A DNA stretch of 64,000 nt from Nevskiales bacterium (lineage in GTDB: Bacteria > Pseudomonadota > Gammaproteobacteria > Nevskiales > CAJXLF01): NCBI GenBank assembly GCA_041622995.1, contig JBFJXR010000002.1:68084-132083 (forward strand), read 5' to 3'. Of this stretch, positions 49,014-59,663 are shown piece after piece; the stretch's first letter is position 1, and every line of letters starts with the position of its first letter. A program made the position numbers and the translations under genes. A model generated the notes under the pieces. That model ran no database searches. It saw only the letters and a program-made list of their open reading frames with translations, and had not been told where the DNA came from.

Positions 49014-49589
49014 ATGAGCATAGTTCTATCGCGCTTCGCCAGGAAACGACTTTTCCCTTCTGACGGTCGGCGTAACGCAATTACAGGTACGGATGCCGCG
49101 TCATTTGAAGCTTATCTGAACGAGCACGAACCGGAATGTGTGCTGGATGGCTACGCGCCTTTCTGCAAATTGCATGTGCATCGCAACTGGACCACAACCC
49201 GCTGTGCCGCTGTACCCATTACCGATGAAAATCGACATCTCCTGCGCTCCGGGTATGAGGCGCGTAATAGCAGGGAACTGCCCGTATTGGCGCGTTGGTT
49301 CGAAGGTCTGGAAGCGCCTGTAGGTGAATATCTGATGGTCATTCTTTATGACCGGGAACAGATGGCCAAAGAAGGTGACAGGATCAAGGCTGACTGGGCC
49401 GTGGTCGGCTGCCTGGCCACGATGACGCCTGATGCCACACCGCTGAACCCGATCACCATGATGCGTAATGCGCTGGGTGTAGATGAGGGTGGATCCGGCG
49501 TGAGTATAGACCGTGATGCCTATAAAAATGCAGTAGAGTTCTGGGACACTCACGCCAATTGGCGAGACGCCGATTCGAAAAAATCATGA
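49014..49589 (+). CDS. Conserved hypothetical protein (possibly DUF3228-like)
   Basis: 191-aa ORF. Its stop overlaps the recQ start (ATGA at 49586-49589). The family assignment is from memory only and should be checked. Confidence 0.5.
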   Translation: MSIVLSRFARKRLFPSDGRRNAITGTDAASFEAYLNEHEPECVLDGYAPFCKLHVHRNWTTTRCAAVPITDENRHLLRSGYEARNSRELPVLARWFEGLEAPVGEYLMVILYDREQMAKEGDRIKADWAVVGCLATMTPDATPLNPITMMRNALGVDEGGSGVSIDRDAYKNAVEFWDTHANWRDADSKKS

Positions 49590-51382
49590 CTGCGGTTTCG
49601 ATACTGCAGGAGACCTTTGGTTACGACAGCTTCCGGGGAAAACAGCTCGCCGTCATTGAAAATGTCATGGCGGCCCAGCATGGTCTCGTCATCATGCCTA
49701 CAGGCGGCGGCAAGTCACTGTGCTACCAGATTCCTGCGTTGTTACTTGATGGTGTAACGGTCGTGGTCTCGCCATTGATTGCCCTGATGCAGGATCAGGT
49801 GGCTGCGCTCCGGGCCAATGGCGTTAATGCGGCATTCCTGAACTCAAGCATGACAGGCGAGGAACAGGATCATGTAGAGCGGGCAATAGCCAATGGGAAC
49901 CTGGATCTTGTGTATTTTGCCCCTGAGCGTCTGCTTCAGGAACGTACCCTGAATCTGTTGGATAACGCGAATGTCAGCCTGTTCGCCATTGATGAAGCCC
50001 ATTGCGTTTCTCAATGGGGGCATGATTTCCGTCCGGAATATCGCAAACTGACCCAGCTCATCGTGCGTTTTCCTGATGTGCCTCGGATGGCGCTTACCGC
50101 CACCGCCGATGCACCCACCCGAAAAGAGATTTGTGACCAGCTGGGCATAGGGGTGTCGCAACAGTTTATCGATGGTTTTGACCGCCCGAATATCCGATAT
50201 CGCATTGCCGAGAAAGACCGGGGCAAGCAGCAGATACTGGATTTCATACGCGAGCATCCGAAGCAGGCGGGGATTGTCTATTGTCTGTCTCGCGCCGGTA
50301 CCGACGGTCTGGCGGAATGGTTGAATGAGAACGGTGTGCCTGCCTTGCCTTATCACGCTGGCCTGTCATCTGAAGATCGTGCCTTCAATCAGCAACGCTT
50401 TCTGAATCAGGATGGTCTGGTGATGTGTGCCACGGTTGCCTTTGGCATGGGCATAGACAAGCCGGACATTCGCTTCGTCGCCCATCTCGACATGCCCAGC
50501 TCAATCGAATCTTATTACCAGGAGACTGGCCGCGCTGGGCGTGATGGTGCGCCTGCCGAAGCGCTGATGCTCTACGGCCTGCAGGACATGGTGAGGCGCA
50601 GCCAGATGCTTCAGAACGGTGAAGCGTCTGATGAGCGCCGTTTGTTGGAGCGCCGCAAGCTCGATGCTTTGCTGGGGCTGTGTGAAGTCACGTCCTGTCG
50701 CCGTCAGACACTACTGCGTTATTTCGGCGATGAACTGCCTGTGCCCTGTGGCAACTGCGATACCTGTCTGGCACCGCCCATCACTTTCGATGGCACCGTA
50801 GTTGCCCAGAAAGCTCTGTCAGCGGTTTACCGTACCGGACAACGTTTTGGCGTCGCCCATCTCATTGATTTGCTACTGGGGAATGAGACAGACAAGGTGC
50901 AGCAGTTCGGTCACCAGCAGCTCCCCACCTTTGGCTGCGGAACAGAGTTCAATAAATCCCAGTGGAGCGCCATCTTCCGGCAATTGGTGGCGATGGGGCT
51001 GGTAAGTGTTGATATCGCAGGTTATGGCGGCCTACAGCTCGGTATAGGGGCAAAGGAAGTGCTTAGGGGTGAACGATCCTTGCAACTGCGAGAACCGCCT
51101 AAGAAGAAATCCCGCAGCAAGCTGAAAGTCGGCCGCCAGGAGTTGGTCAGCAGCGAAGACGAGAACCTGTTCGAGCTTCTCAGGCTGTGGCGTAAGGATA
51201 CGGCCGAGGAACTCGGCGTGCCGCCCTATGTCATCTTTCATGATGCGACGCTGGCCGCGATCACCAAGACAAGGCCGGACAATATTGCAGCCCTGGGAGA
51301 GGTGTCCGGGGTAGGCGAGAAGAAGCTGGATGCATATGGTGATGAGATTCTGCGCCTGGTTGCAGAGCACATTCCGGCCTGA
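49586..51382 (+). CDS. recQ: ATP-dependent DNA helicase RecQ
   Basis: 598 aa from MTAVSILQETFGYDSFRGKQ. MPTGGGKSLCYQ, DEAHCVSQWGHDFR, the zinc-binding cysteines CRRQ...CGNCDTC, and a C-terminal HRDC domain. Confidence 0.95.
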   Translation: MTAVSILQETFGYDSFRGKQLAVIENVMAAQHGLVIMPTGGGKSLCYQIPALLLDGVTVVVSPLIALMQDQVAALRANGVNAAFLNSSMTGEEQDHVERAIANGNLDLVYFAPERLLQERTLNLLDNANVSLFAIDEAHCVSQWGHDFRPEYRKLTQLIVRFPDVPRMALTATADAPTRKEICDQLGIGVSQQFIDGFDRPNIRYRIAEKDRGKQQILDFIREHPKQAGIVYCLSRAGTDGLAEWLNENGVPALPYHAGLSSEDRAFNQQRFLNQDGLVMCATVAFGMGIDKPDIRFVAHLDMPSSIESYYQETGRAGRDGAPAEALMLYGLQDMVRRSQMLQNGEASDERRLLERRKLDALLGLCEVTSCRRQTLLRYFGDELPVPCGNCDTCLAPPITFDGTVVAQKALSAVYRTGQRFGVAHLIDLLLGNETDKVQQFGHQQLPTFGCGTEFNKSQWSAIFRQLVAMGLVSVDIAGYGGLQLGIGAKEVLRGERSLQLREPPKKKSRSKLKVGRQELVSSEDENLFELLRLWRKDTAEELGVPPYVIFHDATLAAITKTRPDNIAALGEVSGVGEKKLDAYGDEILRLVAEHIPA

Positions 51383-51393
51383 TGTAAATCCAG

Positions 51394-52347
51394 CTAGTTA
51401 CTGCTTCCTATTACATTAATTACGATCTTGCCTCTGGCGCGTCCTGAGCGGCTGCGATCATAGGCGCCCTGACTATCCTCCAGTGGAAACTGGCTATCTA
51501 TGATGCTGCGTAGCTGCCCGGATTCAACCCAGGATTTTAATATTTCCAGATCGCTGCGGCGTGACTTCACGGTTACGCTCTTTATGCGCTTATTAATAGG
51601 TAGTGCTGTGCTGATCAGACCCGGGGCATGACCGAAGGTAGAAATAAATATGCCCGTATCGCCCATGAGTTTTGCGCAGCTTCTGGGTGTGTCGTAGGAG
51701 GCGATATCAAACACTACGTCGAATGCGCCGGCGGTCTGACGAAATTCACCCAGGGTGTAGTCAATCGTTTCATCAGCACCTAATTTCTTAACCAGTTCAG
51801 CGTTACGCCCGCTGCAAACAGCGGTCACCCTAGCCCCGAGCACCTTGGCTATCTGAACGGCATAGGTGCCAACGCCACCCGATGCGCCAATCAGCAAAAC
51901 ACTGGAGCCCACCTTTGTATTACCCAGTTTCAGGCCTTGCAGAGCGGTAAGCGCTGCAAGTGGCATGGCTGCGGCTTCCGGGTAAGTCATATTGTCCGGC
52001 ATACGCGCGATGCAGTTCTGGTCAATGACGGCCTCTTCAGCGAGTGAGGCCGTTCTTAGTCGCATGTCCATTCCGTAAACCTTGTCGCCTACGACAAAGT
52101 CTTTTACGTTGTCGCCCACTGAGATCACGACACCAGCAATATCGTCGCCAAATAGAGGCGGAAGGCTGCGTCGCAGTAATGGTGTCGCCAGTACTGAGCC
52201 AGTCAGGTTGAGCTTCCAGTCTTTCGGATTTACCGATGAGGCATGGACTTGCACATGGACATCATCTCGACCTGGGCGGGGTGTGGGACGATTTTCCAGT
52301 ACAAGGCGGGGCCGTAGGCTCCAGCCAGTGGTGGTAATAGCTTTCAT
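51394..52347 (-). CDS. NAD(P)H-dependent quinone oxidoreductase / zinc-type alcohol dehydrogenase-like (MDR family)
   Basis: 317 aa with a GASGGVGTYAVQIAK Rossmann motif and an N-terminal GroES-like domain. Confidence 0.8.
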   Translation of the reverse strand: MKAITTTGWSLRPRLVLENRPTPRPGRDDVHVQVHASSVNPKDWKLNLTGSVLATPLLRRSLPPLFGDDIAGVVISVGDNVKDFVVGDKVYGMDMRLRTASLAEEAVIDQNCIARMPDNMTYPEAAAMPLAALTALQGLKLGNTKVGSSVLLIGASGGVGTYAVQIAKVLGARVTAVCSGRNAELVKKLGADETIDYTLGEFRQTAGAFDVVFDIASYDTPRSCAKLMGDTGIFISTFGHAPGLISTALPINKRIKSVTVKSRRSDLEILKSWVESGQLRSIIDSQFPLEDSQGAYDRSRSGRARGKIVINVIGSSN

Positions 52348-52391
52348 GAATTATTGAGTCCAGAAGTGCGGATAGGGAAAAGGGTATTGGA

Positions 52392-53294
52392 TCAGTTGAT
52401 TTCAACAGTAAGAATTTCCTGCCCCTCAAAAAGATGTGATTTATTCGACGCCTCTAGTCTCGAAACCACCAGTAGCCAACAGGTATTGGAGAGATAGCCT
52501 ACATCGATAATAGTGCCGACTTTATTGCCATCCTGATCAGTGACTACAGATCCTGTCTCTGGCTTGTTTGATGGTGCTTCAATACGGCCAAGTTGGAGAC
52601 GTTGTTTCAGCCCTCCTTTGTAATGTAGCTTGGCGACGATTTCCTGTCCGGGGTAGCAGCCTTTCCTGAAGTCGATTGCATCCAGCCTGTCCAGGTTAAG
52701 CATCTGCGGTATCCACTCTTCGCGCTGATTCAGAAAGACCTCTGGTATGCCTGCCAGTATGCGGGGCAGGTTGATCAGTTCCTGTGGCAGCGCTGGCAGA
52801 TCGCTGTCTATTTCCTGCGGACACCATGCCTCATACAATGGCCAGGCTGCTGGCAGAGGGATACTTTGAATTTGACCATTAGCGGAATCGACGTATTGCT
52901 CCACCTGTACTTCAGATTTGGGGCCGATGAACTGATTAGCTATCCAGTCCAGAGGTTCGAGTTGCACATCACTGCGCATGACGAACATACGTAATCGTTT
53001 AAGCGTGTCTTCGACCTGATCTGCAGGTAATCTCAGGATGATGTCTTCACTACTCTTCCAGTATCGAAGCAAAGTCCATATCCGACCCTTGGCATTGCAC
53101 CATGCAGCCAGGCGAACTTCTCCATCCGGTAATCCCGTAACCGAGTTGCTGAGTTGCGCATGCAGGAAGCTTTCGGCATCACTGCCAGTTACTTTTACCA
53201 GCGCATGCAGTGGGTTACTTACATGTAGGCAAAGGGCGTCTTCCGGTTGGTTGGCCTGTTTTAGAAAGTCTTGCCAATTCAAAGGGCTAGTCAT
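52392..53294 (-). CDS. ygfZ: Folate-binding Fe-S cluster repair / tRNA-modification protein YgfZ
   Basis: The signature KGCYPGQEIVAKLHYKG is present. The start at the internal Met (MTSPLNWQDF...) aligns with the E. coli YgfZ N-terminus. The ORF extends to 53372. Confidence 0.85.
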   Translation of the reverse strand: MTSPLNWQDFLKQANQPEDALCLHVSNPLHALVKVTGSDAESFLHAQLSNSVTGLPDGEVRLAAWCNAKGRIWTLLRYWKSSEDIILRLPADQVEDTLKRLRMFVMRSDVQLEPLDWIANQFIGPKSEVQVEQYVDSANGQIQSIPLPAAWPLYEAWCPQEIDSDLPALPQELINLPRILAGIPEVFLNQREEWIPQMLNLDRLDAIDFRKGCYPGQEIVAKLHYKGGLKQRLQLGRIEAPSNKPETGSVVTDQDGNKVGTIIDVGYLSNTCWLLVVSRLEASNKSHLFEGQEILTVEIN

Positions 53295-53407
53295 ATGTCG
53301 TGTGCGTGTCTGATGTCTTGGTGTGGGAAGTATAGAGTAGGCGAGCCTTTGATGTTTTGTCAGATTCTGCACTGCAACACTTACCTCATCTGATGCTTTT
53401 TGCGATA

Positions 53408-53593
53408 ATGCCGGCCGCTATGAATGACGTCACACAACCCAAGAAGCTCGAAGAGGTAGTACACCTCTATAAGCCTGCAGCTAACAAGGACGCAGAGCCG
53501 AATGAGCAGCCAGAAGAATTCGGTGGTCCGACCGGGCCTGAGCCGACTCGTTATGGTGATTGGGAGAAAAAGGGGCGCTGCATCGATTTTTGA
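53408..53593 (+). CDS. DUF1674 protein (SDHAF4-like succinate dehydrogenase assembly factor homologue)
   Basis: The C-terminus EFGGPTGPEPTRYGDWEKKGRCIDF is the DUF1674/SDHAF4 signature. The start codon is uncertain: Met codons occur at 53408 and 53420, and the ORF opens at 53357. Confidence 0.7.
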   Translation: MPAAMNDVTQPKKLEEVVHLYKPAANKDAEPNEQPEEFGGPTGPEPTRYGDWEKKGRCIDF

Positions 53594-53625
53594 TGTCAGC
53601 TGATTCCATTGAAAGAGATTCTTAA

Positions 53626-54012
53626 ATGAGCACAGCATCGGATAATCGTCCGCTTTCACCGCATCTTCAGATTTACCGTCCGCAACTCACTGCCACCCTT
53701 TCCATATTGCATCGTGCAACAGGTGTATTCCTGTCGCTGGGTAGCCTTTTTCTGGCAACCTGGTTAGTCGCACTCGCAACTGGCGGTGAAGCTTACGATT
53801 GTGTAGATGTGGTTCTGAAGAGCTGGTTTGGTCAGCTTTGCCTGCTGGGATGGAGCTATGCATTGTTCTATCACCTGTGTAATGGCGTACGTCACCTTGT
53901 CTGGGACACCGGCAGAGGCTTGGAAATCAAAGCGGTATACACCAGTGGATACATTGTGGTGTTTGCATCTTTGCTTCTGACTGCTGCGGTTTGGGCCGTG
54001 GCCTGCCTGTAA
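53626..54012 (+). CDS. sdhC: Succinate dehydrogenase cytochrome b556 subunit
   Basis: 128 aa. RPLSPHLQIYRPQLTATLSILHRATG and three TM helices. Confidence 0.93.
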   Translation: MSTASDNRPLSPHLQIYRPQLTATLSILHRATGVFLSLGSLFLATWLVALATGGEAYDCVDVVLKSWFGQLCLLGWSYALFYHLCNGVRHLVWDTGRGLEIKAVYTSGYIVVFASLLLTAAVWAVACL

Positions 54013-54074
54013 CACTGAATATTAATTGATAGACGCTGGATGACTGGCGCAATGAAACTCTCTGGAGAGAAACA

Positions 54075-54467
54075 ATGAGTTTACGTTCTCCTTTGAGCCA
54101 GGCCAAAGGCCTTGGCTCGGCGAAGGAAGGTGTTCATCACTGGTGGGCACAGCGCCTCACTGCGATTGCACTGGTGCCTTTGACACTATGGTTTGTTTTT
54201 TCAATTGCCAGTATTGCTGGGGCTGAAAAGGCTGAGGTGCTGGCCTGGATTGCCAGTCCGGTCAATGCAGTGGCACTTATCCTGTTTCTTGCGACCCTGC
54301 TACATCACTCACAGTTGGGTGTGCAGGTGGTCATAGAAGATTATGTGCATTCCGAAGGTCTGAAGCTTGTATCGATGGTGCTGATGAAATTCACCCATGT
54401 AGTACTTGCCGTCGCATCCATATTTTCTGTTCTCAAAATTGCCCTTAGCGGCCCGATAGGAGGCTGA
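54075..54467 (+). CDS. sdhD: Succinate dehydrogenase hydrophobic membrane anchor subunit
   Basis: 130 aa. [23 protein letters not shown], and its position between sdhC and sdhA. Confidence 0.9.
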   Translation: MSLRSPLSQAKGLGSAKEGVHHWWAQRLTAIALVPLTLWFVFSIASIAGAEKAEVLAWIASPVNAVALILFLATLLHHSQLGVQVVIEDYVHSEGLKLVSMVLMKFTHVVLAVASIFSVLKIALSGPIGG

Positions 54468-54471
54468 GCGA

Positions 54472-56262
54472 ATGGCCCAGTCTTATGAAATTATTGATCA
54501 CGTTTATGATGTTGTTGTCGTAGGCGCAGGTGGCGCGGGTCTCCGTGCTGTTCGTGGTTTGTCTGAAGCCGGATTATCAACGGCATGTATCACCAAGGTA
54601 TTTCCTACCCGTAGTCATACGGTGGCTGCACAGGGCGGCGTATCCGCTGCGCTGGGCAACATGGGTGAGGATGACTGGCGCTGGCATATGTATGACACCG
54701 TCAAAGGGTCAGACTGGTTAGGCGATCAGGATGCGATCGAATACATGTGTCGTGAAGCGATTCCGGCCATTATTGAGCTCGAGCACGACGGCGTACCGTT
54801 CTCGCGCACTGAAGACGGCAAGATTTATCAGCGTCCCTTTGGTGGTATGACCACCAACTATGGTGAAGGCACAGCGCAACGTACCTGTGCAGCTGCTGAC
54901 CGTACCGGTCATGCCATGTTGCATGCGCTTTACCAGCAGGCGTTGAAAAACAAGGCTGAATTCTTCATTGAATATTTTGCGCTTGATCTATACATGAGTA
55001 CCGACGGACGTTGTCTGGGTGTACTGGCCATGGATATGGCAACTGGCAAACTTCACCGGTTCCGCTCACAGCAGACCATCATGGCCTGTGGTGGTTACGG
55101 TCGTGCCTTCTTTTCCTGTACCTCGGCACATACCTGTACAGGTGATGGTGTCGGCATGGCATTACGTGCTGGCCTGCCGGCACAGGATATGGAATTCGTG
55201 CAGTTTCACCCGACAGGCATCTACGGTTCAGGCTGCCTGATTACCGAAGGCGCACGAGGCGAGGGGGGGTATCTGACCAACTCCAAGGGTGAGCGCTTTA
55301 TGGAGCGTTATGCGCCGAATGCCAAGGATCTGGCATCGCGTGATGTGGTATCCCGTTCCATGTCGGTTGAAATCAACGAAGGTCGAGGTGTGGGCGATGA
55401 AGCAGATCATATTCATCTTCACCTTGAACACCTGGGTCCGGATGTACTGGCCGAGCGCCTGCCGGGTATCTCCGAAACCGCGCAGATTTTTGCCGGTGTG
55501 GATGTGACCAAGGAACCCATTCCTGTATTGCCGACTGTGCACTACAACATGGGCGGCACGCCGACCAACTTCAAGGGTGAAGTGTTGAGTATGAAGGACG
55601 GTGATCCTGATGCCATCGTGCCGGGCCTGATGGCCATTGGTGAGAATGCCTGTGTATCCGTACATGGCGCGAATCGCCTGGGTTCCAATTCATTGCTCGA
55701 CCTGGTTGTATTTGGCCGTGCTGCTGCCTTGCACGCTGCGGAGATTATCAAGCCGGGTGCTAATGTGTCTGAAGTAACGAAGGAATCGGAAGAGAAGATT
55801 CTGGATCGTCTTGATGGCCTGCGTTATGCCAAGGGCAGCACCTCGACTGCCGATATTCGACTGAACATGCAGAAGACCATGCAGGGTAACTGTGCGGTAT
55901 TCCGTACCGGTGACGTACTGCAGAACGGTATTAATAAGCTGCATGGTGTTATCGACAGCTTTGAAGATGTTTCAGTGTCTGATTCGTCCATGATCTGGAA
56001 TACCGATCTGGTCGAGACGCTGGAACTGGATAACTTGCTGGGGCAGGCGCTGGTCACCATCGTCGGTGCCGAGAACCGCAAGGAAAGTCGCGGTGCCCAG
56101 GCCCGTGAGGACTTCCCGGATCGTGACGATGAGAACTGGATGAAACACACCATGGCCTGGAGAACCGGTGCCAAGGAAGTGAAGCTCGATTACCGTCCTG
56201 TGCATATGTACACATTGACCGATGAGGTGGAAGTTGTGCCACCGAAAGCACGCGTCTACTAG
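54472..56262 (+). CDS. sdhA: Succinate dehydrogenase flavoprotein subunit
   Basis: 596 aa. [22 protein letters not shown] (the FAD-linked His) and HGANRLG. Confidence 0.97.
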   Translation: MAQSYEIIDHVYDVVVVGAGGAGLRAVRGLSEAGLSTACITKVFPTRSHTVAAQGGVSAALGNMGEDDWRWHMYDTVKGSDWLGDQDAIEYMCREAIPAIIELEHDGVPFSRTEDGKIYQRPFGGMTTNYGEGTAQRTCAAADRTGHAMLHALYQQALKNKAEFFIEYFALDLYMSTDGRCLGVLAMDMATGKLHRFRSQQTIMACGGYGRAFFSCTSAHTCTGDGVGMALRAGLPAQDMEFVQFHPTGIYGSGCLITEGARGEGGYLTNSKGERFMERYAPNAKDLASRDVVSRSMSVEINEGRGVGDEADHIHLHLEHLGPDVLAERLPGISETAQIFAGVDVTKEPIPVLPTVHYNMGGTPTNFKGEVLSMKDGDPDAIVPGLMAIGENACVSVHGANRLGSNSLLDLVVFGRAAALHAAEIIKPGANVSEVTKESEEKILDRLDGLRYAKGSTSTADIRLNMQKTMQGNCAVFRTGDVLQNGINKLHGVIDSFEDVSVSDSSMIWNTDLVETLELDNLLGQALVTIVGAENRKESRGAQAREDFPDRDDENWMKHTMAWRTGAKEVKLDYRPVHMYTLTDEVEVVPPKARVY

Positions 56263-56283
56263 GCTTATTGGAGAGATAAAAGA

Positions 56284-57063
56284 ATGGCTCAATTCACGCT
56301 ACCGAAGAACTCCAAAGTCCAGAAGGGTAAAACCTTCAAGGCTGCAGAAGGCGCAAAGAACGTCAAGACTTTCCGCGTCTATCGCTATGACCCGGATACC
56401 GGCGCAAACCCTCGTATCGACTCCTATGAACTCGATATGGATAAATGTGGACCAATGGTGCTGGATGCCCTGATCAAGATCAAAAATGAAATTGATCCCA
56501 CGCTGACGTTCCGGCGTTCATGCCGTGAAGGCATCTGTGGCTCCTGCGCCATGAATATCGACGGTACCAATACGCTGGCCTGTACCAAGGGCTGCGATGA
56601 GATGAAGGGTGATGCCAAGATCTATCCGCTGCCGCATATGCCAGTGGTTAAGGATCTGGTGCCAGACCTGACGCATTTTTACGCCCAGTACGCATCCATT
56701 GAGCCATGGTTGAAGACTGACTCACCCGCACCGAGTCGTGAGCGTCTGCAGTCCAAGGAAGACCGCTCCAAGCTGGATGGTCTCTACGAGTGTATTCTTT
56801 GTGCCTGTTGCTCGACCTCCTGCCCAAGTTACTGGTGGAACGGCGACAAGTACCTCGGCCCGGCTGTATTGCTGCAGGCCTATCGCTGGATAGCTGATTC
56901 ACGTGATGAGGCAACCGGTGAGCGCCTGGACCAGCTTCAGGATCCGTTCAAGCTGTATCGCTGCCACACCATCATGAACTGCACCAATACCTGTCCGAAG
57001 GGGCTGAATCCGGGGCAGGCGATTGCTGAGACCAAGAAATTAATGCTGGAACGTCAGGGTTAG
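56284..57063 (+). CDS. sdhB: Succinate dehydrogenase iron-sulfur subunit
   Basis: 259 aa. [25 protein letters not shown] and [15 protein letters not shown]. Confidence 0.97.
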   Translation: MAQFTLPKNSKVQKGKTFKAAEGAKNVKTFRVYRYDPDTGANPRIDSYELDMDKCGPMVLDALIKIKNEIDPTLTFRRSCREGICGSCAMNIDGTNTLACTKGCDEMKGDAKIYPLPHMPVVKDLVPDLTHFYAQYASIEPWLKTDSPAPSRERLQSKEDRSKLDGLYECILCACCSTSCPSYWWNGDKYLGPAVLLQAYRWIADSRDEATGERLDQLQDPFKLYRCHTIMNCTNTCPKGLNPGQAIAETKKLMLERQG

Positions 57064-57070
57064 TGTCAGT

Positions 57071-57180
57071 GGCCACAGAGCACGCAATCTTCACGCGTGC
57101 TCGTGGCTCCTAGCCTCGACGTACTACTTGTACGCCTGCGTTAGTCGCCACTGCGCTCGCGTGAATCTCACGCACTCTGG
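57071..57180. repeat. Two imperfect palindromic (REP-like) units downstream of sdhB
   Basis: Unit A (57071-57107) is GGCCACAGAGCACGC-AATCTTCAC-GCGTGCTCGTGGC, a stem of about 13 bp with one bulge. Unit B (about 57147-57180) is GCCACTGCGCTCGCGTGAATCTCACGCACTCTGG. The two share the GCCAC...AATCT(T)CACGC...CTC(G)TGG core. Confidence 0.4.
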
Positions 57181-57213
57181 AACCGCCTTAGCAGCTACAG
57201 TCAGGAATAAACA

Positions 57214-57480
57214 ATGATCACAGCTCAACAAAAAAGGGCAAAGCTTCGCTGGCTCTGCCGTCGGGGAATGAAGGAGCTGGATGTGTTACTTGAGGGGTTC
57301 CTCAAGGATAAATACGACGAATTGAGTGAAAGTCTGCAGAAGGCTTTTCATCGGCTGATGGGTCTGGAAGACCCTGATCTCTACGCAATATTAATGGGTA
57401 AGCAGGATGCGCCCGACCAGGAATGTGCTGATGTTATTGAACAGCTTAGAAACCAGATGTCATCTCATGGTTCTGCATAG
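57214..57480 (+). CDS. sdhE: FAD assembly factor SdhE (SDHAF2/YgfY family)
   Basis: 88 aa. RAKLRWLCRRGMKELDVLLEGFL contains the RGxxE motif. Confidence 0.92.
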   Translation: MITAQQKRAKLRWLCRRGMKELDVLLEGFLKDKYDELSESLQKAFHRLMGLEDPDLYAILMGKQDAPDQECADVIEQLRNQMSSHGSA

Positions 57481-57504
57481 CTGCCACATATGGGAGACCA
57501 TAAA

Positions 57505-57969
57505 ATGACTTCTCGAATTGAATTCAAGCCGCGCCCATCGGTATTGCTGGCGCGATTGTTATTCGTGATGCATGGTTCTGCCGCTTTGCTGGTTTTTATG
57601 TTTGTGCATCACAAGTTTTTAATGCCGGTTTTACTGCTGCTGATTGCCTATTCGTATTACAGCAGCTATCGCAAGCATGTTTTACATAAAGGCAGCGGAG
57701 CAATCCGGCGGATTGTCTGGCAGGCAGACGGCAGCTGGTTTCTCGAAGATTCCGCGAGCGTTATACGTGAGGCTGAATTGCGTCCGTCCAGTTACATTCA
57801 TCCACGCCTGGTGATTCTTAGCTTTAATTTTTTGAGAACCAAAAGGCGACTCAACGTTGTACTGTGTCCAGATAGCATGGATCACGACACACTCAGACGT
57901 ATTCGCAGCAGGTTACGTATCTCTCGACCGGTTGATAACACGTCGACTGTGGACTTGAATAAGGTCTGA
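57505..57969 (+). CDS. ygfX: YgfX/CptA-like inner-membrane protein
   Basis: Two N-terminal TM helices, a C-terminal DSMDHDTLRRIRSRLR resembling E. coli YgfX (DSMDEAEWRDLRRIL), and a position immediately after sdhE. A GGGAGA Shine-Dalgarno precedes the 57505 ATG. The ORF opens at 57490. Confidence 0.7.
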   Translation: MTSRIEFKPRPSVLLARLLFVMHGSAALLVFMFVHHKFLMPVLLLLIAYSYYSSYRKHVLHKGSGAIRRIVWQADGSWFLEDSASVIREAELRPSSYIHPRLVILSFNFLRTKRRLNVVLCPDSMDHDTLRRIRSRLRISRPVDNTSTVDLNKV

Positions 57970-59577
57970 TTAAGTACCTGGAGCTTTAGGGTTCAGTATG
58001 CTGTCTTGAGCGATTTCGAGTTGCTCCGGATAATCAAGGTTGTAATGTAAACCGCGGCTTTCTTTTCTTAGCATTGCGGACTGGACTATCAGCTCAGCTA
58101 TCTGAACCAGATTACGTAGTTCCAGCAAATCTGCAGTGATGCGGAAGTTGCCGTAATACTCTGCAATTTCCTGCTTGAGTAAATCAATTCGGTGCTGTGC
58201 ACGGGCCAGTCGCTTGTCTGTACGCACAATGCCCACGTAGTCCCACATAAACCGTCGGACTTCCTGCCAGTTGTGACTTACCACAACTTCTTCGTCTGAA
58301 TCGGTCACCCTGCTTTCGTCCCATTCGGGAAGGTTCTGTGGCCCAGAGGTTGTGAGTGTTTCCTGAATATGTTCAGCTGCCGATGATGCAAATACGAGGC
58401 ATTCGAGTAGGGAGTTGCTCGCCATACGGTTGGCGCCATGCAAGCCGGTTGAAGCTGCTTCTCCGATTGCATACAGGCCGGGTATGTCCGTACTGCCATT
58501 CAGGTCACTAATGATTCCACCGCAGGTGTAATGGGCGGCAGGTACGACGGGTAAAGGCTCATTGCACATGTCGAAACCCAGCGCACGACACTGTTTTAGA
58601 ATGGTTGGAAAGTGTTCTTCTATAAATTCATCAGACTGGTGACTGATATCTAGAAGAACATGATCAATACCCAGGCGTTTCATCTCATGATCGATGGCGC
58701 GTGCGACTATGTCACGGGGCGCCAGTTCAGCCCGGTTATCAAATTGTCCCATGAAGGCTGTACCGTCAGGCAACAGTAATCGGCCACCTTCGCCACGCAC
58801 AGCCTCGCTGATTAAAAATGAGCGGGACTGTGGATGAAACAGGCAGGTGGGGTGAAACTGCATGAATTCCATATTGGCGATTCTGCAGCCGGCACGCCAG
58901 GCCATGGCGATACCATCACCGCTGGCTCCGAAAGGATTGCTGGAGTATAGATAAGCCATATTCGCGCCGCCAGTGGCCAATACCACAGCAGGTGCGGAAA
59001 TTGCCTCAATCACCCCACGTTGTGTGTCCAGAACGTAGGCACCCAGGCAACGGTTTCCGGACACACCAATTTTCTCAGCAGTAATCAGATCAACTACTAC
59101 CTGATGCTCACGTACGTGGATTAGCGGGTGTGCACGCGCCAGTGTTTCCAAGGTGGTTTCTATCGCATGACCAGTGGCATCTGCTGCATGGATAACCCTG
59201 CGATGACTATGTCCGCCTTCCCGGGTGAGGTGGAAGCCACTCGCATCTTCACTTCGTGTGAACGGCACGCCCATTTTGACCAGCCAGCCAATGCATTCAG
59301 GCCCGCGCTCTACCGTATGCCGTACAACTTTTTCATTACAAAGTCCGACGCCTGCTGCGAGTGTATCCGCAACATGAGAATCGATTGAATCCTGTTCATC
59401 CAGTACGGCTGAAATACCACCTTGTGCATAGAATGTGCTGCCATCAGTCAGTCTGCCTTTTGACAGTACGGTGACGGGAATATTGGCAGCAGACAGCCGC
59501 AACGCCAGCGTCAGGCCGGCAGCACCGCTTCCGATGATCAGTACATCTTTGTTTCTTTGTGATTTCGTGGTTGGCAC
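57970..59577 (-). CDS. nadB: L-aspartate oxidase
   Basis: 535 aa. [17 protein letters not shown], and [13 protein letters not shown]. It is divergent from rpoE, as in many gammaproteobacteria. Confidence 0.95.
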   Translation of the reverse strand: MPTTKSQRNKDVLIIGSGAAGLTLALRLSAANIPVTVLSKGRLTDGSTFYAQGGISAVLDEQDSIDSHVADTLAAGVGLCNEKVVRHTVERGPECIGWLVKMGVPFTRSEDASGFHLTREGGHSHRRVIHAADATGHAIETTLETLARAHPLIHVREHQVVVDLITAEKIGVSGNRCLGAYVLDTQRGVIEAISAPAVVLATGGANMAYLYSSNPFGASGDGIAMAWRAGCRIANMEFMQFHPTCLFHPQSRSFLISEAVRGEGGRLLLPDGTAFMGQFDNRAELAPRDIVARAIDHEMKRLGIDHVLLDISHQSDEFIEEHFPTILKQCRALGFDMCNEPLPVVPAAHYTCGGIISDLNGSTDIPGLYAIGEAASTGLHGANRMASNSLLECLVFASSAAEHIQETLTTSGPQNLPEWDESRVTDSDEEVVVSHNWQEVRRFMWDYVGIVRTDKRLARAQHRIDLLKQEIAEYYGNFRITADLLELRNLVQIAELIVQSAMLRKESRGLHYNLDYPEQLEIAQDSILNPKAPGT

Positions 59578-59663
59578 GTCAGTCGACTGTTAAACTACTG
59601 CTTATATTTCAGGGTTGTTACCCGTGTTGGTAACGGGGGCAGCGAGTTTAACACGCGGATGAA

